This document shows, in pieces, positions 18,044-26,250 of a stretch of DNA of 64,000 bases. Under the pieces are notes generated by a model. The model searched no databases and was not told the origin of the DNA. It saw nothing but the letters and a program-made list of their open reading frames with translations. The DNA lies in the NCBI GenBank assembly GCA_040217575.1, contig JAVJPW010000008.1, forward strand, positions 139,787-203,786, written 5' to 3'. Positions within the stretch are counted from its first letter, which is position 1, and every line of letters starts with the position of its first letter. The translations under genes and the position numbers were made by a program. The stretch is from Alphaproteobacteria bacterium. GTDB lineage: Bacteria; Pseudomonadota; Alphaproteobacteria; UBA8366; Aestuariispiraceae.

Positions 18044-19950
18044 CCGTTGACTGAAATTTCTGCCAGAACCGACAGGATGGTTGAGGAAAGCGGGTCATGC
18101 TGTTCAATCCGCCAAAGCGGTTTTGGGTCCCCACGCGTCCATCCAAGAGCCCGAACCGTCTTGTCGCCCGTAATCGGCGTAATTGGAGAATCCAGCGCTT
18201 CCGGACCAAGAGTCTTGAAAGGCAGTGGCCGGAGCCCCTGACCAACGTCGACGCGCAGGGCCTGTGTTTGGAAAAGGCGAAATGTTGCTTTCACAAGGCG
18301 AACTGCAGCACCCTGGGCAACACCGCCACCTGGGATATGAAAGACAGGTAGAGGTTCTACGACATGTGTGAACCGAAGACCTGCCTGCAGGTTTGTCGCA
18401 GGCTGCGAAAGTATGATTTTTCCCGCGATTACTTCCACCGGGTCACGGACAACACCATCCGCGACAATATCGACGGTACGCCCGTCCAAATGACCGAAAC
18501 CATTCCACTCGTTCTTCGGCAACTCTTCGAATCCGACGCTTGCCGTTATGCCCGCGTCGGTCTGCACATCCGAATCCAGTTTTTCAATTCGGAAAGACGC
18601 GTCGCGCTCTACCAGGCAATAGATTTCCTCACCCACCGCCGCCACCGACCGGACAGCGCCATCCGTTTCGAAAAGCGTCCAGGCATTGACGCTTTCGCGC
18701 CGGAAGACGGTAACCGACGCCATCGTTCCGTCCGAATTGACGACATAAAGAATTCGATCCGTCTTGTGAAAATCCTGATCAACCGGCGATCGCAACATAT
18801 CTTCTGAAAGCACGGCAAGGTCGGTCGACTGGTACGCCTGTTCCACATCTGCAAAAAGAAACTCCCGCAGTTCCGAACCGCTGCGGGAAACGAAAAGCGT
18901 TGCGCCATCCACGTCGTTGGGGGGAATGGTCCGATCCACCGGAGAACCAATTCGGGTTTGGCGATTCAACTGAATGTTTGACGGTGTAAGCGGATCGCCG
19001 GAGACCATCCATTCCGCGCCAGATGTAAAAACCTGCAAATGACGCCCCGAAAAGACAGCGCGTACAGCGTTGACCTGATCGGACAGGATCGCGAACTCGA
19101 TGGCTTCGTCGTCTTCCGCATCACCTAGGTCGAAATTGAAAAGATCCGCGGACCTGGACAGCCACAAACGGTTGGTGAGATCCCGGCTTCCGCCAATCAC
19201 GAGCCTGTCCTGATGAAATGTGCATGAGACGGGGTAACCACGCACCGGCGAAAAAGAGGCTTCCTCCCAGTCCTTCTCTGCGCCGGTAGCGGCCAGTGTT
19301 TCCAACACGTCAGCGGAAGCATTCCTTGCGTCGGCGACAGCAGTGATTTCAATTTCCCGGTCGGCAATGCGAAAGCGAACACCAACATGGCCCTGGACGA
19401 AAACGTCCCCCGAAGCCGTCACCGAAATTGAGCCGCTTGTCCCGCTGGGCGTCAGCGTCAAATCGTCCGACGCAAACTTAAAATGCGGCTGGTTGATCCG
19501 ACCGGAATTTTCGTGGAACACCCAATCCGCCAGAGTCCAGACACTGGCGCTCGAACGCGTAAGCCGCTTGGGCGGAACGTCTGGATGAACCAGAAGAAGC
19601 GTGTCCGCGCTTTGCGTCCAATTGACCTGTCTTAGTTGTACCTCCGTCCAGGGCGCATCGATCGTCACAACCTCGGAATCGTCGGCATAAACGGCGATTT
19701 TCAAATTGCTGAGCACCAGCAGATAGACCTGTTCCGTGTTGAACTCGAAGGCGATCAGCCGTCCGCCGCCCAACGCATTCGCAATATGCCGCAAACCAGC
19801 CCGACGCCGAATTCCGCCGGTCGGAATGACGCGCACATTCCGCAGTTTCGCCGCTCCGTTTTCATAGGCGCTCAGATCACCGCGCCCGATCAGTTCGGGC
19901 GACAATTCCCCTGCCGTGAAATTTGTCTTTATCGTCTTGACCCGAGCCAT
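18040..19950 (-). CDS. Tail tubular protein B / nozzle (T7 gp12-like)
   Basis: KTNFTAGELSP...GGIRRRAG N-terminus, WTQSADTL, FHQDRLVIGG, beta-propeller-like repeats. Confidence 0.85.
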   Translation of the reverse strand: MARVKTIKTNFTAGELSPELIGRGDLSAYENGAAKLRNVRVIPTGGIRRRAGLRHIANALGGGRLIAFEFNTEQVYLLVLSNLKIAVYADDSEVVTIDAPWTEVQLRQVNWTQSADTLLLVHPDVPPKRLTRSSASVWTLADWVFHENSGRINQPHFKFASDDLTLTPSGTSGSISVTASGDVFVQGHVGVRFRIADREIEITAVADARNASADVLETLAATGAEKDWEEASFSPVRGYPVSCTFHQDRLVIGGSRDLTNRLWLSRSADLFNFDLGDAEDDEAIEFAILSDQVNAVRAVFSGRHLQVFTSGAEWMVSGDPLTPSNIQLNRQTRIGSPVDRTIPPNDVDGATLFVSRSGSELREFLFADVEQAYQSTDLAVLSEDMLRSPVDQDFHKTDRILYVVNSDGTMASVTVFRRESVNAWTLFETDGAVRSVAAVGEEIYCLVERDASFRIEKLDSDVQTDAGITASVGFEELPKNEWNGFGHLDGRTVDIVADGVVRDPVEVIAGKIILSQPATNLQAGLRFTHVVEPLPVFHIPGGGVAQGAAVRLVKATFRLFQTQALRVDVGQGLRPLPFKTLGPEALDSPITPITGDKTVRALGWTRGDPKPLWRIEQHDPLSSTILSVLAEISVNG

Positions 19951-20519
19951 CAGCCCCTTACTCCCACAAGAGTGTAATCATCGAAGCGCGGCGGCATGTC
20001 TTGCTGGGCATCAATCAGGCGAGCCTGCCGGAACTGGTTTTCGGCCAGTTTGTGAAGAACCTCCGATCGTGAGACGCTTTCCGTAATAGGAAGACAGAAT
20101 TCGGCTGCCAGCCGGCCGATCAAAGCCTGGTCGAAGAATGGGGGAAACGACGATTCATTGGGGCGAAAAATATAAGTCAGGGTGACAGCGCCCGCATTCG
20201 TATGAAGACGACGTTCGACCAGGCGGTAATCCAGCCCGCGGCCGTACCCGGCCTCACCGGCGGAGAGGGCGCGAAGAAAGTCTGACGGCAACTGATAAGC
20301 GTAATCATAGTCGGCGACTGGCACCCCGACCAAACGCGACAAGTCACGCTGGGCGGTCGCAAAACTCCAGGGGTGGGCCGACAGAAGCGCATCGCGCGTC
20401 GATGGATAAAGTGTCGCCGCAACAACACTTTCCGCCGTCCCCTCATCGAACCCGGCAATGGGTGACGCGCCGATCTTGATCAATGCACGGCTGGCAAGCT
20501 GAATGCTGTTCAGGGCCAT
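19950..20519 (-). CDS. Tail tubular protein A / gatekeeper (T7 gp11-like)
   Basis: ASRALIKIGASPI...RDALLSAHPWSFA...YQLPSDFLR...F..ALIGRLA pattern; 1-bp overlap with tube B. Confidence 0.85.
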   Translation of the reverse strand: MALNSIQLASRALIKIGASPIAGFDEGTAESVVAATLYPSTRDALLSAHPWSFATAQRDLSRLVGVPVADYDYAYQLPSDFLRALSAGEAGYGRGLDYRLVERRLHTNAGAVTLTYIFRPNESSFPPFFDQALIGRLAAEFCLPITESVSRSEVLHKLAENQFRQARLIDAQQDMPPRFDDYTLVGVRG

Positions 20520-20532
20520 GAAACATCTCCGG

Positions 20533-20568
20533 AAAAAAGAAGACCGCCCGGTCGACGCCCGGGCGGTC
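20533..20568 (-). terminator. Intrinsic terminator after head genes (T7 Tphi-like position)
   Basis: GACCGCCCGG-N7-CCGGGCGGTC 10-bp stem followed by TTCTTTTTT on the minus strand. Confidence 0.78.
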
Positions 20569-20603
20569 CAGTTGGGACAATGATGAAATCTGACGTTCCC
20601 GGG

Positions 20604-20873
20604 TCAGTCCGTATCGCTGGACCCCACATCCGTCAGGTCGTCCACATCGACGGACGACCCATCATTGGCGGAAACATGCAAAATCCCGGATGTGAGCGTT
20701 CCGTCCGTATCCGTGTTGGCCAGGATCATGTCGCCGACGCGCAGCATATCCGCCGCGTCATTGAAATATCCTGCCGTATCGACATCGGTCGCGGCATCCT
20801 GTGTCGTGTAGTGCCACAAGGTGAAACCGTTCGCATAGGCGATGACGCTCAGGTCGCGTGAAGCATAGGCCAT
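20604..20873 (-). CDS. Small acidic head-associated protein (possible decoration protein)
   Basis: 89 aa, strong GAGGAGG RBS, immediately after capsid gene; FTLWHYTT...GYFNDAADMLRVGDMI. Confidence 0.7.
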   Translation of the reverse strand: MAYASRDLSVIAYANGFTLWHYTTQDAATDVDTAGYFNDAADMLRVGDMILANTDTDGTLTSGILHVSANDGSSVDVDDLTDVGSSDTD

Positions 20874-20893
20874 TGGTTAACCCTCCTCTTCGG

Positions 20894-21718
20894 TTAGGAT
20901 TCGAGGCAGGGAAGGCGCACGATGCCGGTCGCATCGATGACGCCGGCACCCTGGCTCATCATGTGATTGACGAAGTGGGCGGCCCGGTCGCCGTGCCACG
21001 AGATATCGGATGTGACATCTTTGCCGATGGCATGACCGACGGCCGTCTTGTGGTACCAGTACCCGTTCCGCACACCGCCAGACAGAACAAGCCCGGAATG
21101 CGGCATCCAAAGCGTACCAAGCCAGTTCTTCGCCTGGGTCCCCTTCCAAGGCAGGTCATCGTTGCCGACGTAGTCCGCGTTCGCGAATTCCTCGATGTCC
21201 AGCAGGTCGCTCCACTGCTTCCAGCCGATGATCGCAAACCGCTGACCGTCGTCCGGAACGTCGGCGGCGCCTAGCATCTCAAAGGCCTCCAGGACCTTTG
21301 CCTTGGTCAGGCCGTCGGACCCATCCTGGGCATTCTGGCCGGACGCCACACCTTCCATTGATTCGATGATCAGATCATCGGTCTTCCGGCCGAGTGCATA
21401 AGCGCCGGCATTGGCAACGACCGATCGTTCGTCATGCCGGATTTTCATTTCGTCCAAGGCATCAACCCAGTCGCCGGCATAGTAATCCTGCAACGAGACT
21501 TCGACCGGCGTATGGTCGACATTCATGACCGGGACTTTGCCGTGGCGGGCCTTGGTCGATGCGGTGCCCTTTCCGACTTTCTGGAAGGTCGTGGAAGAGC
21601 CTTTGATATTGTCCTTCGTCCGCACGGTATTGCGAAGCTTGGATCCCATCCGCTGATAGGCGTTATGGACCTCGTTCTCAAACTGGCGGCTGAAGGATTG
21701 ATCCACCGTTGTGGACAT
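20894..21718 (-). CDS. Major capsid protein (podovirus-type)
   Basis: QFENEVHNAYQRMGSKLRNTV...RHG...DYYAGDWVD.LDE.K...AYALGRKTDDLII resembles HTVC010P/BPP-1-type capsids; AAGGA RBS. Confidence 0.85.
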   Translation of the reverse strand: MSTTVDQSFSRQFENEVHNAYQRMGSKLRNTVRTKDNIKGSSTTFQKVGKGTASTKARHGKVPVMNVDHTPVEVSLQDYYAGDWVDALDEMKIRHDERSVVANAGAYALGRKTDDLIIESMEGVASGQNAQDGSDGLTKAKVLEAFEMLGAADVPDDGQRFAIIGWKQWSDLLDIEEFANADYVGNDDLPWKGTQAKNWLGTLWMPHSGLVLSGGVRNGYWYHKTAVGHAIGKDVTSDISWHGDRAAHFVNHMMSQGAGVIDATGIVRLPCLES

Positions 21719-22047
21719 GGGGTCATCCTTTCATAGATGCGGGCAGAAGCACCGGCGATCTCTCACCACCGGCACCACCGCCCATGTTTCATTTTCCATT
21801 GGATTTTGCCGCGGTTCTCGCGCCTGAAACGACGCGGCCGCGAAGGGCGGGACGACCGTTCCGGACAAGTCCGGCAATCGGGGCCCCATATGTCAGAAGG
21901 GAGTATACGGATTGTCGCACCGAAAGCGCTGGCGCGGTCCGACCGACAAACATGTTTTCCTGATCAATCCGGAATGCCCCTAATCCGTTGAGAGGGGTGG
22001 TTCATCCGGGACTGTTCAGGCACATTTGTGGCCCGTTCCTGAAAAGG

Positions 22048-22075
22048 AACATACATATGTTTCTTTTAATGTCAA
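22048..22075 (-). promoter_or_regulatory. Sigma70-type promoter TTGACA-N16-TATGTT facing the capsid gene, overlapped by a palindrome
   Basis: Minus strand reads TTGACA TTAAAAGAAACATATG TATGTT; palindrome AGGAACATA-CA-TATGTTTCT at 22045-22064; second inverted repeat TCGTATTT-N9-AAATACGA at 22093-22117. Confidence 0.6.
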
Positions 22076-22178
22076 TATATTTTGTGATTTTGTCGTATTT
22101 AAATAGAACAAATACGATATATAAAAAGTTCTGATGCTGATACCGCCGCTGTAGGAAGCGGTCTTGCCGTAAAAACCG

Positions 22179-22568
22179 GTGCTGCGTACTGTTGCCGCCG
22201 ACATGATCTACCATCTTGCAAAAAAGTCGGCCTGGAACGAGGCGCAGGAGACCGGCGTCTATCGCGGGGCCGAGGCCGACCGCGCCGACGGATTTCTTCA
22301 TCTTTCCACTGACAAGCAAATCAGGGAAAGCGCCAGGAAACACCGTACCGGCGAATCCGATCTGGTTCTTCTTTTTGTTGACGAGACACAATTGCCGGAA
22401 ACTCTTGTCTGGGAAGCGTCGCGCGGCGGGCAATTGTTTCCCCATCTATATGAGTCGCTTCCGATTGCCGCCGTGACAGGAACGGCCGACCTGCCTTTGG
22501 ACCGGTCAGGGGACCACGTGTTCCCGGAAAACCTTCCGGCATCCTTCCCCCCGAGTACAGACGGATGA
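22179..22568 (+). CDS. DUF952 family protein
   Basis: IYHLAKKSAW...DGFLHLST...GGQLFPHLY; overlaps pyrD start as is usual in alphaproteobacteria; start may be ATG 22203. Confidence 0.85.
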   Translation: MLRTVAADMIYHLAKKSAWNEAQETGVYRGAEADRADGFLHLSTDKQIRESARKHRTGESDLVLLFVDETQLPETLVWEASRGGQLFPHLYESLPIAAVTGTADLPLDRSGDHVFPENLPASFPPSTDG

Positions 22569-23629
22569 GCTGGGCGCGACTGGCCTTGCCGGCGATCCGT
22601 CTGATAGACCCGGAACGCGCACACCGGGCGACGATTCGCGCGCTTGCATGGGGGATCGGGCCCAGAAACACGACCGCGCCCGACCCGCGATTGGGGTGCG
22701 AGGTCTTCGGGCTTCGGTTTCCGACACCCATCGGTCTGGCCGCGGGATTCGATAAGGACGCCGAAGCCGTCCGCGCCTGCCGAAACCTGGGTTTCGGTTT
22801 CGTGGAAATCGGTACCGTCACGCCCCGCCCTCAGCCGGGAAACCCGAAGCCCAGATTATTCCGGTTGTCGCAAGACCGTGCCGTCATCAACCGCATGGGG
22901 TTCAACAATGGGGGTGCCGCCCGCGCCGCCCAACGTCTTAGTGGATTGGACCGGTCCCGCCTACTGCCCCCGATCGGGGTCAATATCGGCAAGAACAAGG
23001 ACAGCGACGACGCTGTCGCGGATTATCGGACATGTGCTGAAACGCTGGCCCCCTATGCCGACTATCTGACCGTCAATGTTTCTTCCCCCAACACACCGGG
23101 GTTGCGGGACCTGCAGACAGCGGACTGGCTTGCCAGAATTGTCGAAGCGGTGGACGACGCCACCCGGTCGGTTACCACACCCAAACCGATCCTGGTGAAG
23201 GTCGCTCCCGATCTGGACACCCGGGGCGAGGAAGAAGTGTCATCCATCGCGCAGCACCCGGCGGTCAGCGGGATAATCATATCGAACACCACGGTCGCGC
23301 GACCGGATACCCTGGTCAGCAGACACCGGGGCGAAGCGGGCGGCCTGAGCGGTGCGCCCCTGTTCCGGCCGTCGACCGACCTTCTGGCGCGGATATACCG
23401 GCGAACGGAAGGCAAAATCCCCCTGATCGGTGTGGGCGGGGTTGCGTCCGCCCGGGACGCCTATGAGAAAATCCGCGCCGGCGCCAGCCTGGTACAACTC
23501 TATTCCGCGATGGTCTATCATGGTCCCGACCTGATCCCCACCATCACAGCCGGTCTGTCGGACCTGCTTGATCGCGACGGCTATGGGTCGATTGCTGAGG
23601 CAGTCGGCTCTGGAGCCGGAAACGGATAG
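22565..23629 (+). CDS. pyrD: Quinone-dependent dihydroorotate dehydrogenase
   Basis: GLAAGFDKDA, GTVTPRPQPGNPKPRLFRL, NIGKNK, NVSSPNTPGLR, KVAPDL, GGLSGAPL. Confidence 0.97.
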   Translation: MSWARLALPAIRLIDPERAHRATIRALAWGIGPRNTTAPDPRLGCEVFGLRFPTPIGLAAGFDKDAEAVRACRNLGFGFVEIGTVTPRPQPGNPKPRLFRLSQDRAVINRMGFNNGGAARAAQRLSGLDRSRLLPPIGVNIGKNKDSDDAVADYRTCAETLAPYADYLTVNVSSPNTPGLRDLQTADWLARIVEAVDDATRSVTTPKPILVKVAPDLDTRGEEEVSSIAQHPAVSGIIISNTTVARPDTLVSRHRGEAGGLSGAPLFRPSTDLLARIYRRTEGKIPLIGVGGVASARDAYEKIRAGASLVQLYSAMVYHGPDLIPTITAGLSDLLDRDGYGSIAEAVGSGAGNG

Positions 23630-23816
23630 CCATCCCCTTAAAACATGCGGCAGGTTTCAATCGAATCCCCTAGAATCGGTGTTAATCGCGTGTGATTTGT
23701 GACAGATTTTGGTATCGTCGCAGGCATTGGAATAATCTTTCGCGTCCCGGACATTCTCCGGGATTTCATGCAGCCCTTTCTTACCCTGGTTTGCATGTCC
23801 ACCGACGGGAGCCCGC

Positions 23817-25361
23817 ATGAGCCGCCTTTGGCATATGCTCGCCTTCTTCTGCTATGTGACGCTCGCGTCAGCGGTTGGCGTGCTGGGCCATCATGTCATC
23901 CCGGAAATCGACCTTCCCATGTCGATCCTTATCGGCGCGATGATCTTTCTGACATGCGCCGTGCTTCAGGAAAGCATGATCCGCCGCGCCGAAGGGGCGA
24001 AGGATGTCCGCCGGCTGCTGTTGCTGAAACGTGCGCTGGACAAGAACCGGGAAGAACTGTCGCTGGCGCGTGACGAGATACGGCGCCTGTTTGAAATCAT
24101 CGAACAGGGCGGCGGCGAACAGTTGAAGAATACATTGGAAAGACTGACCGCCGAAGTTGGTGGCCTGCAAGCGGCCGACGGGCCGGACGCGCGCAAGCGT
24201 GCGGAAGAAGCGGCCTATGGCATGCTTGAAAGGATGAGCAGAGATCGGGACGCGGATCGTGGCGCCGCGACCGCCGACCGGTCCGGCAAACGCCGACGCC
24301 CGGCCGCGGCGGACACCGACCAGTCCCTGAAGGATGCAAGCGCCGAAGTCCGCGTGCTGCATAATCTGGTTGAACAGCTGTATTCCGGACGGGAAAAATC
24401 GCCGCGATCCCTGTCCGAAGATTCCGTCTCGCTTCGGTCGGCACGGCCGGAACCGGCCCGTGGCAATCGCAGCGAACCGAATTTCCGGGGGCGGCCGGAC
24501 GGCCCCGGACAGGAAGCGGCGGTCGCGGCGGCAGGCGGCGGTCGCGCCGGCCTTCGCGTTGTTGCACCGGCCGCGGAAACACAAACCGCCGCACGCATTC
24601 GCGACGATGATCAGGCCGTGCTGGCAACTGTACGTGAGGCGCTTCGTGAAGACCGGGTTGATCTTTATCTTCAACCGATCGTCAGCCTGCCGCAGCGCAA
24701 GCGCCGTTTCTACGAATGTTTCAGCCGGGTCCGCGCGGCCAATGGCGACATCGTGGGACCCGACCGCTATATCGATGTCGCAAAATCGGCCGGACTTCTG
24801 GCGGCAGTGGACAACATGCTTCTGTTCCGCTGTGTGCAGCTTCTACGCAAACTTCGGCGGAAGGATTTTTCCGCCGCGTTCTTCTGCAATATCGCGCCGG
24901 CCACCCTGCGCGACCGCGAGTTCTTCCAGGACTTTATCGCCTATATGGAATCCCACTCCGAACTCGCACCCAACCTGGTCCTTGAATTCGCACAGGCCGA
25001 CATTGAAAAGGACTGGGACATCGTAAAGCGCGATCTGGGTCGCCTTGGCGCGCTTGGCTATCGTTTCTCGCTGGATGGGGTCCAGGATCTGGACATCGAT
25101 ATCCACCGGCTGATCGCATCTCATTTCGCTTATGTGAAGATCGACGCCCGCATCGTGCTGCGGGCGCTTCAGCATGGCGGGTCCGATGCCGCCGCCGTCC
25201 GGGCGCTGAAACAGACCCTGGACAGCCAGGAAATCGACCTGATCATCGAACGGATCGAGACGGAGGCGACGTTGGTCGAACTCCTGGATTTCAACATCGA
25301 CTATGGCCAGGGATACCTGTTCGGCGAACCGCGCCTGAGCAAGGAACCGGCGCCTGCTTGA
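23817..25361 (+). CDS. Membrane-anchored degenerate EAL-domain protein (TipF-like)
   Basis: Two N-terminal TM segments, coiled coil, low-complexity linker, EAL domain with LYLQPIVSLP..YECFSR, FSLDG, YVKIDA, YGQGYLF. Confidence 0.8.
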   Translation: MSRLWHMLAFFCYVTLASAVGVLGHHVIPEIDLPMSILIGAMIFLTCAVLQESMIRRAEGAKDVRRLLLLKRALDKNREELSLARDEIRRLFEIIEQGGGEQLKNTLERLTAEVGGLQAADGPDARKRAEEAAYGMLERMSRDRDADRGAATADRSGKRRRPAAADTDQSLKDASAEVRVLHNLVEQLYSGREKSPRSLSEDSVSLRSARPEPARGNRSEPNFRGRPDGPGQEAAVAAAGGGRAGLRVVAPAAETQTAARIRDDDQAVLATVREALREDRVDLYLQPIVSLPQRKRRFYECFSRVRAANGDIVGPDRYIDVAKSAGLLAAVDNMLLFRCVQLLRKLRRKDFSAAFFCNIAPATLRDREFFQDFIAYMESHSELAPNLVLEFAQADIEKDWDIVKRDLGRLGALGYRFSLDGVQDLDIDIHRLIASHFAYVKIDARIVLRALQHGGSDAAAVRALKQTLDSQEIDLIIERIETEATLVELLDFNIDYGQGYLFGEPRLSKEPAPA

Positions 25362-25395
25362 CGGGCCGCGCGGGACCGGGCATAGCCGCGCTGCC

Positions 25396-26247
25396 ATGAT
25401 TCCACACGCTCTTTCCGGACTGTCCGAAATCGCCGACCGATACGATCTGTTCGTGGTCGATCAATGGGGTGTTCTGCATGACGGCGCAAAGCCGCATCCG
25501 GGCGCCCATGACGCGCTGAAGAACCTGAAGGCGACGGGCGCCGCGGTCGTCCTTCTTTCCAATTCCGGAAAACGGGTTGCCGAAAGCCACCGGCGTCTGG
25601 CAGCGCTTGGGTTCGAACGAGACCTTTACGATCTGGCCTTGACGTCGGGCGAGCAGGTCTTTGAGGGACTGTCCAGAAAGGAAGGCGACTTCTATGGCCG
25701 TTTGGGAAAACGATTCCTGATGTTCGCCTGGGACGATGACCGGTCGATCACGGAAGGAACCGGCTTTGAAGAAACCGGCAGTGTCGAAGATGCGGATTTC
25801 ATTCTTTGCGCCGGCACCGACCGACCGACCCTGGACGATTATACACCGGTCCTGTCCCGTGCGCTGGAACGGGGACTTCCCATGACCTGTGCCAATCCGG
25901 ACCGGGTCAGCGTCCAGCCAGACGGGAGTCTGAAGATCTGTCCCGGCGCGATAGCGGAAAAATATGAGGCAATGGGCGGGCGCGTCCAATGGCACGGTAA
26001 ACCGCAACAGAACGCCTATCGCAAGATCCGCCAGGAAACCGGCGTGGACGGCGCGGGTCTGGGGATCGGAGATTCCCTGTCCCATGACATCAAGGGGGCT
26101 GTCGATGCCGGTATGGACAGTGTCTTCGTGACGGGCGGCATTCACGCGACCGATCTGCCGCCGGTACCGGGTCCGGACGACATCGCGGCCCTGGGACGGC
26201 AGTTTGACGCCATCCCGACCTACTATCAGGAACGGTTCACCTGGTAA
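25396..26247 (+). CDS. HAD-superfamily subfamily IIA hydrolase (TIGR01459-like)
   Basis: DQWGVLHDG, LLSNSGK, CANPD, HGKP, IGDSLSHDIKGA. Confidence 0.9.
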   Translation: MIPHALSGLSEIADRYDLFVVDQWGVLHDGAKPHPGAHDALKNLKATGAAVVLLSNSGKRVAESHRRLAALGFERDLYDLALTSGEQVFEGLSRKEGDFYGRLGKRFLMFAWDDDRSITEGTGFEETGSVEDADFILCAGTDRPTLDDYTPVLSRALERGLPMTCANPDRVSVQPDGSLKICPGAIAEKYEAMGGRVQWHGKPQQNAYRKIRQETGVDGAGLGIGDSLSHDIKGAVDAGMDSVFVTGGIHATDLPPVPGPDDIAALGRQFDAIPTYYQERFTW

Positions 26248-26250
26248 GGA

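Larger units (their letters stand above)
12009..21718 (-). mobile_element. Podovirus-like structural/packaging/lysis gene cluster (domesticated prophage remnant or candidate GTA)
   Basis: Ten co-oriented intact ORFs: capsid, small head protein, tail tube A/B, small virion protein, tail fibre, putative small terminase, large terminase, TM protein, holin; no integrase, replication or portal gene recognised; flanked by housekeeping genes. Confidence 0.85.

Noticed and set aside
20877-21149. Possible T7 10A/10B-style frameshift fusing the capsid to the downstream 89-aa gene
   Set aside because: The -1 frame matches the small gene but has TAA at 20877-20879 just before its ATG, and the small gene has its own strong RBS; no clear slippery heptamer seen
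22035-22140. CtrA or LexA boxes at the capsid promoter
   Set aside because: Only a single TTAA half-site (22066-22069); no TTAA-N7-TTAA and no GTTC-N7-GTTC/GAAC-N7-GAAC spacing found by eye
11907-22178. Intact inducible prophage with att sites
   Set aside because: No integrase, replication genes, tRNA target or flanking direct repeat visible; about 10 kb is too small for an autonomous podovirus
21709-22445. Short ORFs upstream of the capsid gene as scaffold or portal remnants
   Set aside because: None shows portal or scaffold-like sequence, coding-like codon bias or a convincing RBS
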